The position numbers were made by a program, and so were the translations under genes. Positions 34,301-35,407 of a stretch of DNA of 35,407 nt are shown here, in pieces (the stretch's first letter is position 1; every line of letters starts with the position of its first letter). This DNA comes from Desulfobulbus sp. (GTDB lineage Bacteria; Desulfobacterota; Desulfobulbia; Desulfobulbales; Desulfobulbaceae). The notes under the pieces were generated by a model. The model saw nothing but the letters and a program-made list of their open reading frames with translations. It ran no database searches and was not told where the DNA came from. The stretch is taken from NCBI GenBank assembly GCA_017998195.1, contig JAGODN010000001.1, positions 1 through 35,407 on the forward strand, written 5' to 3'.

Positions 34301-34930
34301 ACCGGCTGCGGCATGAACGACGACATCCTCGCCCACCTGTTCGAGCCGTTCTTCACCACCAAGGAGCTGGGCAAGGGCACCGGCCTGGGGCTGGCCACGG
34401 TCTACGGCATTGTCCGCCAGAACGGCGGCTGCATCGAGGTCGACAGCCGGCCGGACCGGGGCGCGGTGTTCCGCATCTACCTGCCGGGGCACGAGGGCAG
34501 CGGACTGCCGGAGGCGGCGGAAGGAGCGGCCCTGCCGGTGGCCGGCGGCAGTGAGACCATCCTCCTGGTCGAGGACGAGCCCCTGATCCTGGAGATGGTC
34601 ACCGCCATGCTCGCCCCGCTGGGCTTCACCGTGCTCGCGGCGGCGACCCCGGCCGAGGCCCTGCGATTGGCGCGGGAACACACCGGCACCATCGACCTGC
34701 TGCTCACCGACGTGGTCATGCCGGAGATGAACGGCCGCGAACTGGCGGCGCGGCTGGTCGAAATCCGGCCGGGGCTGCGGCGGCTGTTCATGTCCGGCTA
34801 CACCGCGGACGTGATTGCCAGCCGGGGGGTGCTCGAGGAGGGGGTGGAGTTCGTGCAGAAGCCGTTCACGCGCAAACGGCTGGTGGCGCGCATCCGCCAG
34901 GTGCTCGACCGGCAGGAGGCGCCGGCCTGA
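31361..34930 (+). CDS. Hybrid sensor histidine kinase (periplasmic solute-binding domain, TM helix, multiple PAS/PAC, HisKA, HATPase, receiver)
   Basis: Signal sequence, [17 protein letters not shown]-like domain, about four PAS repeats, H-box [56 protein letters not shown]...LLLTDVVMP. Confidence 0.93.
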   Translation: MFRLCLLLLLLVPCSASGGSALPADRPLRVVMDNTYPPYVFLDSRGVPQGILPDQWRLWQERTGVRVEITALDWQDALAAMRAGRHDVLDTAFRTEERDQWLEFGRPYARIEVAAFFASEIGGITDIDSLHGFAVAAKEGDAVIGHLRSRGVDNLLLFKGYEAIVEAARDNKVNVFVIDKPPALHYLHKYNLHRRFNASLPLEAGDFHRAVARGQTDLLNAIEAGFAAIPAAELAAIDQKWRGIPLLDRLPLRLLLSAAGGACALILALFLWNRTLRRAVHHRTAELEQSREVLRESEARYRELVEDANSIILRMDSTGRITFFNEFAQTFFGYPAEEVLGQNVVGTIVPEHDSAGVDLRALIADLGVRPERYLTSENENMRRDGSRVWISWTNRPVYDPAGHLIGLLSVGNDVTGRREASEALGRERERLESVISGSRLGTWEWNVQTGELVVNETWARQLGRTLAELAPCSLDTWAELVHPDDLEPARQALQRCVDGDSADYDAEFRLRHRDGRWVWILSRGRLLTRDPAGRPLLLFGTHTDITGLKQAEEELRASNELLSRFIRHSPIYAFIKEIEPDGSRTLRASDNYQDMLGIPGSAMVGRTMHELFPAEFADRIVADDRRVVERGEILQLEEEFAGRCYTTIKFPITFGERRLLAGYTIDVTERRRTEEELRRREEQLQQMIEILPIGLWITDRHGSLLRGNPAGRTIWGGAPAASDGPGAFPARRLPGREPVAAEECALARTLQSGATVTDELLEIEAADGTRKTILAYSAPVRDHRGDIDGAILVHLDISDRKALEEQLIQAQKMESIGRLAGGVAHDFNNMLSVILGHTELALDTAGLSRPLSGRLQSIREAVQRSTDLTQQLLAFARRQTAAPRVLDLNATVAGMLKMIRRLIGEDIDLTWLPAGGLPPVRIDPSQVDQILVNLCVNARDAIGDTGRITIETASVTFDQADCVRHPEVAPGGYVRLSVRDTGCGMNDDILAHLFEPFFTTKELGKGTGLGLATVYGIVRQNGGCIEVDSRPDRGAVFRIYLPGHEGSGLPEAAEGAALPVAGGSETILLVEDEPLILEMVTAMLAPLGFTVLAAATPAEALRLAREHTGTIDLLLTDVVMPEMNGRELAARLVEIRPGLRRLFMSGYTADVIASRGVLEEGVEFVQKPFTRKRLVARIRQVLDRQEAPA

Positions 34931-34972
34931 GCGGTTGCGCCGCGGCGGAGGGCTGGTGGCCGGGCGGCCCGC

Positions 34973-35407
34973 TCAGCGGGATGCGGTCGTGGCGACGGGT
35001 TGGAGGGCTTTGGCGAGCCGGGCCAGGAACTGCGGTTCCATGGCCTCGGCCACCCGGTTTTCGGTGCGGGCGCAGCGGACCACGATCAGGTCGTGCGAGG
35101 GCAGGATGAAGGCGAAGTTGCCGCCGGAGCCGAACATGCGCACCATGTCGGCGGGCAGATCCCTGCCGAAGTAGCCGTCCACGTTGGCGCGCATGTTCTG
35201 GTACCAGGGCGCGGTCCGGGTGCGCTCGATCCATTGCGGGTCGACGATCTGCCGGTCCTGCCAGCGGCCCTTGCGGAGGACGAGGTAGGCGAAGCGGGCG
35301 TAGTCCCGCGGGGTCATGCACAGGCCGCCGTGGGTCACCCAGCGGTGCGTCCCCGGCGGCGGGTGGTGGTAGGAGACCCCGGAGAAGCCGATGGGCGCCA
35401 GGATCCG
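34973..35407 (-). CDS. Serine hydrolase / beta-lactamase-like family protein, C-terminal part, truncated by the window edge
   Basis: Frame is open to the window end (RILAPIGF...). GGLCMTPRDYARFAYLVLRKGRWQDRQIV..WI and G.GGN.AFILPSHDLIVVR are typical of this family. Confidence 0.8.
   Translation of the reverse strand, partial: RILAPIGFSGVSYHHPPPGTHRWVTHGGLCMTPRDYARFAYLVLRKGRWQDRQIVDPQWIERTRTAPWYQNMRANVDGYFGRDLPADMVRMFGSGGNFAFILPSHDLIVVRCARTENRVAEAMEPQFLARLAKALQPVATTASR

Overview
High-GC bacterial chromosomal window. Gene content and protein style suggest an anaerobic Desulfobacterota (Desulfobulbus-like) organism, which is an inference. It is mostly housekeeping: a partial transketolase-like gene, pckG, pyk, two hotdog thioesterases around radA, HDOD, nitroreductase, tRNA-Pro(UGG), bioD/bioC, nadB, an M16C peptidase, dtd, rsmE, folA, a hybrid sensor kinase and a partial serine hydrolase. 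I saw no mobile element, CRISPR array or rRNA. Four things stand out. (1) parAB has a perfect parS in its upstream region and is translationally coupled to a small CxxC membrane protein, a 4Fe-4S membrane protein and a tandem-SH3 secreted protein. (2) A tightly coupled five-gene lipid-modification operon (DUF2177, DUF1295, FAD oxidoreductase, DUF1365::Cfa-like methyltransferase fusion, DUF2878) resembles the Rhodobacter UfaD/UfaO/UfaM furan-fatty-acid pathway. (3) Next to it lie a fused glutaredoxin::ferredoxin-thioredoxin-reductase gene and a separately transcribed 67-aa protein. (4) A 743-aa uncharacterised membrane protein with an EF-hand-like loop has a perfect DnaA box next to its RBS. 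All family calls come from motif recognition by eye, with no database search, so novelty is not established. Start codons were chosen by RBS and overlap logic.
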